Shown in pieces: positions 1 to 8,956 of a DNA stretch of 32,000 nt. The notes beneath the pieces are model-generated. The model saw nothing but the letters and a program-made list of their open reading frames with translations. It was not told the DNA's origin and did not search any database. Each line of letters starts with the position of its first letter. Within the stretch, counting starts at the first letter, position 1. Origin of the DNA: Micrococcus luteus NCTC 2665 (GTDB taxonomy: Bacteria; Actinomycetota; Actinomycetes; Actinomycetales; Micrococcaceae); assembly GCF_000023205.1 (NCBI RefSeq), contig NC_012803.1, positions 1,440,001 to 1,472,000 of the forward strand, given 5' to 3'. A program made the translations under genes and the position numbers.

Positions 1-753
1 GAGCACCGGCAGGCCGCGGGCGAGCTCCAGCAGGTGCCCGGCCAGCCGGTCGAGCCCGTCCTGGGCGGCATCGATGCGCTCCTGGGTGTGGCGGCCCACC
101 AGGATCATGAACAGGGGAACCAGGGGCAGGGTGATGGCGGCCACCACGGCGGAGACGAGGTCGTGGGTGAGGATCCACACGCCCAGGGCCGCCGGGACCA
201 CGGCGGTGGCGGCCAGCGCGGGCAGGGCTTCGGTGTAGTGGTCGTCCAGGCTCTTGAGGCCGTGGGTGACCAGGACGGCATCGGCGCCGGAACGGGGGCG
301 TCCGCCGTCGGCGGCGGCCAGCCGTTGGGCGACGACGGCGGCCCGCACCTGCTGCTGGGCCCCCAGCGCGGCGCGGCGGCCCACCACGCGCTGCCCCGCC
401 TCCGCCAGGGCACGCAGGGCCACCCCGGCCGCCCCGAGCAGCACGGGGCCGCTCAGGGTCTGCGCGGCGGGCACAGGGCCCACGGGGGCCGGCGGGTGGA
501 ACAGCAGGTCCAGCAGCCGGGCGGAGTCCTCGGGGTCCAGGGTCATCGCCAGGCCGGTGATCAGCCGGGCCAGGGATTCGGCGAGCAGGATCCAGCCGAG
601 CGCGCGCAGTACGGCGAGGGCCAGCAGGGCCGGCAGGGCCCGACGTGCGGCCGGGGTCATCGGGGGCCGGGCCCGACGGATCGGGCCCGGAGGCGGCCCG
701 GCCGCCGAGGCGGAGCGCTCGACGGCCGGGGCGGCGGGGCGGCTGGGGCTCAC
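1..753 (-). CDS. cydD: Thiol-reductant (cysteine/glutathione) ABC exporter subunit CydD. Only the N-terminal transmembrane domain is present; the 3' part lies left of the window.
   Basis: Not in the ORF track because it is open at the window edge. My reverse-strand translation reads VSPSRPAAP...MTPAARRALPALLALAVLRALGWILLAESLARLITG...ITLPLVPLFMILVGRHTQERIDAAQDGLDRLAGHLLELARGLPVL, an ABC-exporter TMD with the CydD-like PLVPLFMILVG helix. The GTG at 753 overlaps the cydB stop (GTGA, 750-753). An alternative in-frame ATG is at 660. The position after cydAB fits a cydABDC operon. Confidence 0.7.
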   Translation of the reverse strand, partial: MSPSRPAAPAVERSASAAGPPPGPIRRARPPMTPAARRALPALLALAVLRALGWILLAESLARLITGLAMTLDPEDSARLLDLLFHPPAPVGPVPAAQTLSGPVLLGAAGVALRALAEAGQRVVGRRAALGAQQQVRAAVVAQRLAAADGGRPRSGADAVLVTHGLKSLDDHYTEALPALAATAVVPAALGVWILTHDLVSAVVAAITLPLVPLFMILVGRHTQERIDAAQDGLDRLAGHLLELARGLPVL

Positions 754-1772
754 AGAGGCTCCACCAGGTGGGCCTCCGGGATGTGGGTGTCGGCCAGACG
801 GCGGCGGAACATCCAGTAGGACCACCCCGTGTAGGCCAGCACGATGGGCACGAAGATCAGGGAGATCACGGCCATCAGGCCCAGGGTGTACGGGCCGGAG
901 GAGGCCAGCTGAGCGGTGAGGCTGAACTGCGGGTCCACCGTGGAGGGCAGCACGACCGGGTACTGGGTGACCATGATCGCCGTCCACGCCAGCACCAGAA
1001 CCAGCGTCAGGGACGTGAAGGCCAGGCCCTCGCGGCCGGCCCGGGCGGCCACCACCGACGCGGCCACCGCCACGACGGCCAGCACCAGCAGCGCCCAGGT
1101 CCACGGGCGGTCGCCGCGGGCCACCACGAGCCCTGCCCAGACCAGCAGCGGCAGCACGGCCAGCGGGGTCCACGTGGACAGGAAGCGGGCGGCCGACCGG
1201 CGGGGGGCGCCGTCGGTCTTCAGGCCGATGAACGCCCACGCCTGCGCCAGGGAGAAGCCGACCACGGCCAGACCACCGAGCAGCGCCGGGCCGGTCACCC
1301 ACACGAAGGGGCCGCCCACCCGGTCCCCGTTGGCGTCCAGCGGCAGGCCGGTCGTCGTCAGCACGAGCAGCACGCCGGCCATGAAGGCCGCCAGGAACGA
1401 GCCGATGCCCAGGGTCCAGGTCCAGATCTCCCGGCCGGCGTCGGTGGCGGCCTTGCCGCGGTACTCGATGGACACCGCCCGCAGGATCAGACCGAACAGC
1501 ATCACGAGCATCGGCAGGTACAGGGTGGAGAACACCGCCGCGTACCAGAACGGGAAGGCCGCGAACATGGCTCCGACGGCGGTGATCAGCCACACCTCGT
1601 TGCCCTCCCAGACGGGGCCGATGATGTTCAGCAGCACCCGGCGCCGTGGCTCGTCCCGTGCCCAGAAGCGCACGAGCATGCCGACCCCGAGGTCGAAGCC
1701 ATCGAGGGCCAGGTAGCCGAGCCAGAGCACGGCGATGATGACGTACCAGTAGACGGGAAGGACCTCAGCCAT
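750..1772 (-). CDS. cydB: Cytochrome bd-I ubiquinol/menaquinol oxidase subunit II
   Basis: 340-aa polytopic membrane ORF, MAEVLPVYWYVIIAVLWLGYLALDGFDLGVGML..., the typical CydB N-terminus. ATG at 1772 lies 27 nt after the cydA stop and is preceded by AGAGAGGA. Confidence 0.9.
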   Translation of the reverse strand: MAEVLPVYWYVIIAVLWLGYLALDGFDLGVGMLVRFWARDEPRRRVLLNIIGPVWEGNEVWLITAVGAMFAAFPFWYAAVFSTLYLPMLVMLFGLILRAVSIEYRGKAATDAGREIWTWTLGIGSFLAAFMAGVLLVLTTTGLPLDANGDRVGGPFVWVTGPALLGGLAVVGFSLAQAWAFIGLKTDGAPRRSAARFLSTWTPLAVLPLLVWAGLVVARGDRPWTWALLVLAVVAVAASVVAARAGREGLAFTSLTLVLVLAWTAIMVTQYPVVLPSTVDPQFSLTAQLASSGPYTLGLMAVISLIFVPIVLAYTGWSYWMFRRRLADTHIPEAHLVEPL

Positions 1773-1799
1773 GGTCGTGCTGTCCTCTCTGCGAGCGGG

Positions 1800-3374
1800 T
1801 CAGTAGGCGAACGCGAGCACGTCGTCGCGGTCGCGCTTCTGTTCATCGGAGTGCTCGGCGGCGGTGAGCTCCGGCATGGCGGCCGGGACGCCGCCGCGGA
1901 CGAACCGGGTCAGCAGGAAGACCTCGACGCCCAGCAGCACCGCGTAGATCCCGACCAGGACGATCAGGGACACGAGGACCTCTTCACCCGTGACCCCGGG
2001 CGAGACGGCCGCGGCGGTGAACATGTACACCTGATCCACGCCCATCGCCGGGTTCGGGTACACCACGAACGGCTGCCGGCCCATCTCGGTGAACACCCAG
2101 CCGGTCATGTTCGCCGCGAACGGCGCCCCGATCGAGGCCACGGCCAGGCGCATCCAGCCACGGGAGGCCGGGACGGTGCCGCGGCGGGAGAACCACAGCG
2201 CGCCCAGTGCCGCGAGCGCGCCGAGTCCGCCGAAGAGGATCATGAGCCGGAATCCCCAGTAGGTGACCTCCATCAGCGGCATATAGGAGATCTTGCTGCC
2301 GGCGCGGTCGCCGTAGAGCTCGGAGTCGGGCAGGTGCGTGCCGTACTTCTGCTCGAACTCCGGCAGCAGGGTGTTGATGCCGCGCACCGGCGTGGTGAAG
2401 TCCTCGTACGCGAGGTAGGAGAGCAGGCCCGGCACCTCGATCACACCGTGGACGTCCTCGCAGGTGGTCGCTCCACCCGAGCGCACATCGCCGAGGGTGA
2501 GCACGGAGAACGCGGTGCCGTCCTGGCAGGCGGCCTCCGCGGAGGCCATCTTGGTGGGCTGGAAGTGGATCATCTGCTGGGCCTGGGCGTGGCCGGAGAA
2601 TGCGGTGCCGACGAAGCCGATCAGGGCGACGGCCGCCCCGGCGCGCAGCGAGGTGAGCCAGACGCGGTGGTCGGTGCGGTCCCGGGCGGCGGTGCCGGCG
2701 TCGCCGACGACGACCCGGCCCGCCTCATCCACGACGTCGATGCCGTCCCGGCGGCGCTTCCACAGGTGGTACCAGGCGATCCCCACGAGGAAGCCGCCGG
2801 CCACGGCCCAGGAACCGAAGATGGTGTGCGGGTAGTGGGTGAGGACGATCGGGTTGGTCAGCACGGCGCCGAGGTCGTTGAGCACCGGGCGGCCGTCGAC
2901 GACCTCATAGCCCACCGGGTGCTGCATGAAGCCGTTGGCCACCATGATGAAGTAGGCCGAGAGGTTGATCCCCAGCACCGCGCACCACAGGGCGGCCAGG
3001 TGGAGTCTGCGCGGGATCCGGTCCCAGCCGAAGATCCAGATGCCCAGGAACACCGATTCCAGGAAGAACGCGATGAGCGCCTCGAGGGCCAGCGGCGCCC
3101 CGAAGACGTCCCCGACGAACCGGGAGTACTCCGACCAGGCCATGCCGAACTGGAACTCCTGCACCAGCCCGGTGGCCACGCCCATGATGAAGTTGATCAG
3201 GAACAACTTTCCCCAGAACTTCGTCATCCGCAGGTAGTGATCCTTGCCCGTGGCGACCCAGAGGGTCTGCAGGACGGCGACGACGAGGCCGAGGCCGATG
3301 GTCAGCGGGACCATGAGGAAGTGGTAGACGGTGGTGATGCCGAACTGCCACCGTGCGAGTTCGAGGGGATCCAC
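1800..3374 (-). CDS. cydA: Cytochrome bd-I oxidase subunit I
   Basis: Contains LELARWQFGITTVYHFLMVPLTIGL and TEMGRQPFVV, CydA hallmark segments. Start chosen at GTG 3374 (M-DPLELARWQF), 8 nt after AGGAGC. The open frame continues upstream to 3482, but that extension is Arg-rich and non-conserved-looking. Confidence 0.9.
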   Translation of the reverse strand: MDPLELARWQFGITTVYHFLMVPLTIGLGLVVAVLQTLWVATGKDHYLRMTKFWGKLFLINFIMGVATGLVQEFQFGMAWSEYSRFVGDVFGAPLALEALIAFFLESVFLGIWIFGWDRIPRRLHLAALWCAVLGINLSAYFIMVANGFMQHPVGYEVVDGRPVLNDLGAVLTNPIVLTHYPHTIFGSWAVAGGFLVGIAWYHLWKRRRDGIDVVDEAGRVVVGDAGTAARDRTDHRVWLTSLRAGAAVALIGFVGTAFSGHAQAQQMIHFQPTKMASAEAACQDGTAFSVLTLGDVRSGGATTCEDVHGVIEVPGLLSYLAYEDFTTPVRGINTLLPEFEQKYGTHLPDSELYGDRAGSKISYMPLMEVTYWGFRLMILFGGLGALAALGALWFSRRGTVPASRGWMRLAVASIGAPFAANMTGWVFTEMGRQPFVVYPNPAMGVDQVYMFTAAAVSPGVTGEEVLVSLIVLVGIYAVLLGVEVFLLTRFVRGGVPAAMPELTAAEHSDEQKRDRDDVLAFAY

Positions 3375-3605
3375 GAGGCTGCGCTCCTGAGACAGGCGTT
3401 CGAACGCGACAACGCGGTCGCTGGATACCACCACCCTAGCAGTCGGACGTCGTGACATCGCCGGACGGCGCCGGGCCGACAACGCCCTGACCGTGTCCGC
3501 GAACTGGCCCGGCCGAGGCGACCCTGTTCGCCTCGGGCCGATCGACGCCCCCGATGGGCGCCCCGCCCGGCCCCTCCGATACAGTGGGCTGTCGTCTCAC
3601 CGCAG

Positions 3606-4676
3606 GTGAGCGCCCCCTCCCCCGACCCCCGCAGATTGGTCCTGGTGACGAACGTGTCCGGCAACGCCAGCTACGAGTACTCCCGCGCCGCCCTCCTGGC
3701 GGTCACCGAGGTGGAGGCCCCCGTCGAAGTCACCTCGCAGGACCTCGACGACCAGCTGGCGGACGTGCTCACCCGACTGCGCCTGCCCGGCTCCCTCCTG
3801 GAACGGGTGGCCGGTGTGCGCAGCCGTCGGAACTGGGACGAGACCGAGGACTTCCAGGAGGCCGCCGCCCGCGCCGGCGTCGCGGCCCTGGAGCAGGCCG
3901 GCGTCCCCCGGGAGCGGGTGGGGCTGCTCGTGAACACCTCGGTCACCCGGGCCACGCTCGAGCCCTCCGTGGCCGTGCGGATCCACCACCTCATGGGGCT
4001 GCCGACCTCCGCGACCAACTTCGACATCACGAACGCGTGCCTCGGGTTCGTCAACGGCCTCATGCTCGCCTCCACGCTCGTGGACGCCGGCCAGATCGAC
4101 TACGCGGTCGTGGTCGCCGCCGAGGACGCCTCGAAGGTGCAGGCCGCCACCGTGGCCAACCTGCACGCCGAGACCACGCACCGCGGCAACTTCATGGAGC
4201 AGTTCGCGTCCCTGACGCTGGGCTCCGGGGCCGCCGCCGCCGTCGTCGGCCGCATCGAGGACCACCCGGACGCCCACCGGATCGTCCGCGGGATCACCCG
4301 CGCCGGCACCGACCACCACGGCCTGTGCGTGGGCGACCACCACGGCATGTACACCGACTCCACCGCCCTGATCAAGGACGGTCTCGAGCTCGTGATGGAC
4401 GCGTGGCACGACGTCCCGGCGGAGTGGGCGTGGCCGGAGGCGGACCGATTCATCACCCACCAGGTCTCGCAGATGCACACCGACGCGATCGCGGAGTCCG
4501 CCCACCTGGACCCGGCGCGCATCCCGACGACGTTCCCCACGCTGGGCAACGTCGGCCCGGCGTCGCTGCCCATCACCCTCGTGCGGGAGATGGACACCCT
4601 GGAGGACGGGGACACGGTGGTCTGCCTGGGCGTGGGCTCGGGCCTGAACACCGCGATGCTCGAGATCGAATGGTGA
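3606..4676 (+). CDS. oleA: OleA, a thiolase-fold (FabH-like) acyl-CoA head-to-head Claisen condensing enzyme
   Basis: KAS-III-like ORF with the active-site Cys in ITNACLGFVNG, His in FITHQVSQMH and Asn in LGNVGPASLPI, plus an LEPS segment. It is followed directly by a hydrolase::AMP-ligase fusion and a 3beta-HSD/epimerase-type reductase, the diagnostic Ole gene context. The GTG start at 3606 is uncertain because there is no clear SD. Confidence 0.8.
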   Translation: MSAPSPDPRRLVLVTNVSGNASYEYSRAALLAVTEVEAPVEVTSQDLDDQLADVLTRLRLPGSLLERVAGVRSRRNWDETEDFQEAAARAGVAALEQAGVPRERVGLLVNTSVTRATLEPSVAVRIHHLMGLPTSATNFDITNACLGFVNGLMLASTLVDAGQIDYAVVVAAEDASKVQAATVANLHAETTHRGNFMEQFASLTLGSGAAAAVVGRIEDHPDAHRIVRGITRAGTDHHGLCVGDHHGMYTDSTALIKDGLELVMDAWHDVPAEWAWPEADRFITHQVSQMHTDAIAESAHLDPARIPTTFPTLGNVGPASLPITLVREMDTLEDGDTVVCLGVGSGLNTAMLEIEW

Positions 4677-4694
4677 GCTGAAGGAGCCAGAGCC

Positions 4695-7631
4695 ATGCCC
4701 CAGATCCCCGCCGCCCCCGCCGCCCTGCCGCCGGCCGACCGACTGCCCGGCTGGGACCCGGCGTGGTCCCGCCTCGTGGAGATCCGCTCCGCCGCGGACC
4801 CGGAGGGGACCGTGCGGACGCTGCACGTGGCGGACACCGGTCCCGTGCTCGCGGCGGCCGGGGCGGAGATCGTCGGCACGATCGTCGCGGTGCACGGCAA
4901 CCCGACGTGGTCCTGGCTGTGGCGGTCCCTGCTCGCCGAGACGGTGCGCCGGGCACGCCGGGGCATGGCGGCGTGGCGCGTCGTGGCGCCGGACCAGCTG
5001 GACATGGGCTTCTCCGAGCGCCTCGCGCACGCGGGCTCGCCGTCCGCCGCGTCGATGGGCCGCGCGGGCGACACCTACCGCACGCTGGGCGGCCGCATCG
5101 CCGACCTGGACGCGCTGCTGACGGCCCTCGGGCTGCGCGACCTGGCGGCCACCGGCCACCCGCTGATCACGCTCGGCCACGACTGGGGCGGCGTCGTGTC
5201 CCTCGGCTGGGCGGCGCGTCATCCGGAGCTGGTGGCCGGCGTCGCGACCCTGAACACCGCGGTCCACCAGCCCGAGGGGGCGCCGATCCCCGCCCCGCTG
5301 CAGGCCGCCCTCGCCGGGCCCGTCCTGCCGGCCTCCACCGTCACCACGGACGCCTTCCTCTCCGTGACGACCTCCCTCGCCACCCCGGCCCTCGACCGCG
5401 AGACCCGAGCCGCCTACCACCTGCCCTACGACACGGCGGCCCGACGCGGCGGCGTCGGCGGCTTCGTCGCGGACATCCCGGCCGACCCCGGCCACGGCAG
5501 CCATCCCGAACTGCAGCGGGTGGGCGAGGACCTCGCCGCCCTGGGCCGCACCGATGTGCCCGCCCTGATCCTGTGGGGCGCCGACGACCCGGTCTTCCTG
5601 GACCGCTACCTCGACGACCTCCGCGACCGCCTGCCCCACGCGCGCGTGCACCGCTACGAGAGGGCGGGGCACCTGCTCGTGGACGACCGCGACATCACCG
5701 CGCCCCTGCTGCAGTGGGCCCAGCTGCTGCGCGGCGGCCAGCTCTCCGACCCCGCCTCGGGGCTGCCGGGCCCCGTCCCGCACGCCACCGCCGACGCCGC
5801 CGCCGACCCGGGCCTGGAGGTGGACCTCGGGGAGGATCCCGGAGCCCGCGAGCCCGGCGTGGTCCGGCTCTGGGACCACCTGCGCGACTGGGGCGCCCCC
5901 GGCTCGGACCACCGCGAGTACACGGCGCTGGTGGACATGGCCGGCGCCCAGGCCGGCCGCTCGCTCGTGGGCACCGCCCGCCGACCCGTGGCCGTCACCT
6001 GGGGCGAGCTGCAGGAGATGGTCTCCGCCATCGCCACCGGGCTGTGGGCCGCGGGCATGCGGCCGGGCGACCGGGTCGCCATGCTCGTGCCGCCGGGCCG
6101 CGACCTGTCGGCGGCCCTGTACGCCGTGCTGCGCGTGGGCGCCGTCGCCGTGGTGGCGGACCAGGGCCTCGGCGTCAAGGGCATGACCCGGGCGATGAAG
6201 TCGGCCCGCCCCCGCTGGATCATCGGCCGCACCCCCGGGCTGACGCTGGCCCGCGCCCAGTCCTGGCCGGGCACCCGGATCTCCGTGACCGAGCCGGGCG
6301 CCGCCCAGCGCCGCCTGCTCGACGTCTCCGACTCGCTCTACGCGATGGTCGACCGCCACCGCGACCCGGCCGCGGGCGACGCCGTCGACGAGCACGGCAC
6401 CGTGCTGCCCGAGCCCGCCCTGGACGCGGACGCCGCGGTGCTGTTCACGTCCGGCTCCACGGGCCCGGCCAAGGGCGTCGTGTACACGCACGAGCGGCTG
6501 GGCCGCCTCGTGGCGCTGATCTCCCGCACCCTGGGCATCCGCCCGGGCGGGTCCCTGCTGGCCGGCTTCGCCCCGTTCGCGCTGCTCGGACCCGCCCTCG
6601 GCGCCGCGTCCGTCTCCCCGGACATGGACGTCACCCAGCCGGCCACCCTCACCGCGCAGAAGCTGGCCGACGCCGCGATCGCCGGGCAGTCGAGCGTGCT
6701 GTTCGCCTCCCCCGCCGCCCTGGCGAACGTGGTCGCGACCGCCGACGGGCTCGACGCTCCCCAGCGCGAGGCGCTCGACGCCGTGCGGCTCGTGCTCTCG
6801 GCCGGCGCCCCCGTGCACCCGCAGCTGATGCGTCAGGTCTCGGACCTGATGCCGAACGCCCGGGTCCACACGCCGTGGGGCATGACCGAGGGTCTGCTGC
6901 TCACGGACATCGACGGCGACGAGGTGCAGCGCCTGCGCACCGCCGACGACGCGGGCGTCTGCGTGGGCTCCGCGCTGCCCACGGTGTCCCTGGCCATCGC
7001 GCCGCTCCTCGAGGACGGCAGCGCCGAGGACGTCATCCTCGACCCCGCGCGGGGCCACGGCGTGCTCGGTGAGATCGTGGTCAGCGCCCCCCACCTGAAG
7101 GACCGCTACGACGCGCTCTGGCACACCGACCAGCAGAGCAAGCGCGACGGGCTGTGGCGGCGCGACGGCCGGGTGTGGCACCGCACCGCCGACGTCGGCC
7201 ACTTCGACGCCGAGGGCCGCGTCTGGCTCGAGGGTCGGCTCCAGCACGTGATCACCACGCCCGAGGGCCCGGTCGGTCCGGGCGGGCCCGAGAAGACCGT
7301 CGACGCCCTCGGGCCGGTGCGGCGCAGCGCCGTCGTCGGCGTCGGGCCCCGGGGCACGCAGGCCGTGGTCGTCGTCGTGGAGGCGGCCGTGCCGGCCACG
7401 CGCCCGGCGCGGCGCCCGGGTCACCACCGCGACGGCCGCCCCAAGCAGGGTCTCGCCCCGACCGCGCTGGCCTCCGCCGTGCGCGCGGCCCTCGAGCCGC
7501 TGCCGGTGGCCGCGGTGCTCGTGGCCGATGAGATCCCCACGGACATCCGGCACAACTCCAAGATCGACCGCGCCCGGGTGGCCGACTGGGCGGAGGCCGT
7601 GCTCGCCGGCGGGAAGGTGGGTGCGCTGTGA
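4695..7631 (+). CDS. oleBC: Fused OleB (alpha/beta-hydrolase, beta-lactone decarboxylase) :: OleC (AMP-dependent beta-lactone synthetase)
   Basis: N-terminal region (about 4695-5720): haloalkane-dehalogenase-like HGNPTWSWLWR, nucleophile motif LGHDWGG, and His in ERAGHLLVDD. C-terminal region (about 5850-7631): adenylate-forming motifs LFTSGSTGPAKGVVYTH, PWGMTEG, HRTADVGHFDAEGRVWLEGR and the terminal NSKIDR lysine. AAGGAG lies 8 nt before ATG 4695. Confidence 0.8.
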   Translation: MPQIPAAPAALPPADRLPGWDPAWSRLVEIRSAADPEGTVRTLHVADTGPVLAAAGAEIVGTIVAVHGNPTWSWLWRSLLAETVRRARRGMAAWRVVAPDQLDMGFSERLAHAGSPSAASMGRAGDTYRTLGGRIADLDALLTALGLRDLAATGHPLITLGHDWGGVVSLGWAARHPELVAGVATLNTAVHQPEGAPIPAPLQAALAGPVLPASTVTTDAFLSVTTSLATPALDRETRAAYHLPYDTAARRGGVGGFVADIPADPGHGSHPELQRVGEDLAALGRTDVPALILWGADDPVFLDRYLDDLRDRLPHARVHRYERAGHLLVDDRDITAPLLQWAQLLRGGQLSDPASGLPGPVPHATADAAADPGLEVDLGEDPGAREPGVVRLWDHLRDWGAPGSDHREYTALVDMAGAQAGRSLVGTARRPVAVTWGELQEMVSAIATGLWAAGMRPGDRVAMLVPPGRDLSAALYAVLRVGAVAVVADQGLGVKGMTRAMKSARPRWIIGRTPGLTLARAQSWPGTRISVTEPGAAQRRLLDVSDSLYAMVDRHRDPAAGDAVDEHGTVLPEPALDADAAVLFTSGSTGPAKGVVYTHERLGRLVALISRTLGIRPGGSLLAGFAPFALLGPALGAASVSPDMDVTQPATLTAQKLADAAIAGQSSVLFASPAALANVVATADGLDAPQREALDAVRLVLSAGAPVHPQLMRQVSDLMPNARVHTPWGMTEGLLLTDIDGDEVQRLRTADDAGVCVGSALPTVSLAIAPLLEDGSAEDVILDPARGHGVLGEIVVSAPHLKDRYDALWHTDQQSKRDGLWRRDGRVWHRTADVGHFDAEGRVWLEGRLQHVITTPEGPVGPGGPEKTVDALGPVRRSAVVGVGPRGTQAVVVVVEAAVPATRPARRPGHHRDGRPKQGLAPTALASAVRAALEPLPVAAVLVADEIPTDIRHNSKIDRARVADWAEAVLAGGKVGAL

Positions 7632-8701
7632 GCGGCTTCGGCTACGACGTCGGCCTCGACGCCGCCGGGATGCCCGACCTTGTCGAGCGCCTCGCGTCGC
7701 GCCGCGTCCTGGTGACCGGCGCCTCGGGGCTGCTGGGTGCGGGCGTCGCCCGGGTGCTCGCCGATGCCGGCAACGACGTGACCACCCTGCAGCGGCGTCC
7801 CTCGGGCGTGCCCGGTGCGCGGGACGTGCGCGGGTCCGTGACCGACCCGGCCGCCGTCGAGGAGGCCCTGACCGGCGCGGACACCGTGGTGCACGTGGCC
7901 GCGAAGGTGTCCGTGTCCGGCCCCGAGCACGAGTACGAGGCCGTGAACGTGGAGGGCACGCGCATCCTGTTGCACGCCGCACAGCGCCACGGCGTGCGAC
8001 GCTTCGTCCACGTCTCCTCCCCCTCCGTGGCGCACGCCGGCGACTCCATCGTCGGCGAGGGCGCCGGAGCCGCCAGCCCCGAGCACGCGCGCGGACCCTA
8101 CGCGCGCACGAAGGCGGCCGGCGAGCGACTGGCCCTGGCCGCCGACCGCGACGACTTCCGCGTCCTGGTGCTGCGCCCCCACCTGATGTGGGGGCCCGGG
8201 GACCTGCAGCTCACCGACCGGATCGTGCAGCGCGCGCGGGCCGGGCGAATGCCCGTGCTCGGCACGGGCGCTCCCCTGGTCGACACGCTGTACACGGCCA
8301 ACGCCGTCGAGGCCGTGGTGGCGGCTGTGTCCGCGGCCGACGTGCACCACGGCGAGGCCCTCGTGGTCACCAACGGCGAGCCGCGACCGGTCGGCGAGCT
8401 GATCCGCCAGATCGCGCTGGCGGGCGGCGCCGCGGAGCCCGAACGCCGCGTCCCGGCGGGCCTGGCCCGGCGCGCCGGTGCCCTGATCGAGCGGGCGTGG
8501 GAGCGGGATCTGTTCGGGCTGCGGTCCCGGGGCGTGGGCTCCGACGACGGCGAGCCGCCGCTGACCGAGTTCCTCGCCGAGCAGCTCTCGACCGCCCACT
8601 GGTTCGACCAGCGTCGCACCCGTGAGGTCCTCTCGTGGACGCCGACCGTGAGCATCGACGAGGGCCTGCACCGCGTCGCGGCGTACTACCGCGACCGCTG
8701 A
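7628..8701 (+). CDS. oleD: OleD, an NAD(P)H-dependent 2-alkyl-3-ketoalkanoate reductase of the extended SDR / 3beta-HSD family
   Basis: Rossmann motif VLVTGASGLLGAGV and catalytic YxxxK in GPYARTKAAGE. The GTG start overlaps the oleBC stop (GTGA at 7628-7631), which indicates translational coupling. Confidence 0.8.
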   Translation: MSGFGYDVGLDAAGMPDLVERLASRRVLVTGASGLLGAGVARVLADAGNDVTTLQRRPSGVPGARDVRGSVTDPAAVEEALTGADTVVHVAAKVSVSGPEHEYEAVNVEGTRILLHAAQRHGVRRFVHVSSPSVAHAGDSIVGEGAGAASPEHARGPYARTKAAGERLALAADRDDFRVLVLRPHLMWGPGDLQLTDRIVQRARAGRMPVLGTGAPLVDTLYTANAVEAVVAAVSAADVHHGEALVVTNGEPRPVGELIRQIALAGGAAEPERRVPAGLARRAGALIERAWERDLFGLRSRGVGSDDGEPPLTEFLAEQLSTAHWFDQRRTREVLSWTPTVSIDEGLHRVAAYYRDR

Positions 8702-8735
8702 CGCCCGCCGCGGCCGGAACGAGCGCCCGTCCCGA

Positions 8736-8852
8736 GCTTTCGTTCGGGAAACGGCGCGGGTCACGCCGCTTTCGTTCGGGAAACGGCGCGGGTCACGCCG
8801 CTTTCGTTCGGGAAACGGCGCGGGTCACGCCGCTTTCGTTCGGGAAACGGCG
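8736..8852. repeat. Tandem direct repeat with a 32-bp unit, GCTTTCGTTCGGGAAACGGCGCGGGTCACGCC: three perfect copies plus a 21-nt partial fourth
   Basis: Copies counted base by base at 8736-8767, 8768-8799 and 8800-8831 (all identical) and 8832-8852 (truncated). The array is intergenic, between the convergent oleD and topoisomerase genes. Confidence 0.95.
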
Positions 8853-8900
8853 GCGGCCGCAGCGTCGTGCCGGAGGCGTGCGGCGCCGTCGCCTCAGTGC

Positions 8901-8956
8901 CCGCCGTTTCCCGAACGACGACGTTCCTGGGGCCGCCGTTTCCCGAACGAAAGCGG
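8901..8956. repeat. Two inverted copies of the core of the 32-bp repeat
   Basis: 8901-8918 CCGCCGTTTCCCGAACGA and 8932-8955 GCCGCCGTTTCCCGAACGAAAGCG are reverse complements of the repeat core CGCTTTCGTTCGGGAAACGGCGGC. Positions 8830-8854 and 8932-8956 form a perfect 25-bp inverted repeat around a 77-nt loop. Confidence 0.9.

Noticed and set aside
3597-7982. A 1461-aa minus-strand ORF antisense to oleA/oleBC/oleD. Similar giant ORFs occur at 645..3455 (+), 8997..11528 (+), 13315..15048 (-), 13458..15545 (+), 15466..17268 (-), 17120..18712 (-), 18319..20874 (-), 21120..23540 (+), 28463..31153 (-) and 28738..31911 (+).
   Set aside because: These are typical high-GC artefacts. Stop codons are rare in all frames, the translations are Arg/Gly/Ala/Pro/His-rich with no recognisable motifs, and each is fully overlapped by a gene on the other strand or frame that has clear family signatures.
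8736-8852. Possible CRISPR array, given the regular 32-bp repeats.
   Set aside because: The repeats are directly abutting with no spacers, there are only about 3.7 copies, and no cas genes are present in the window.
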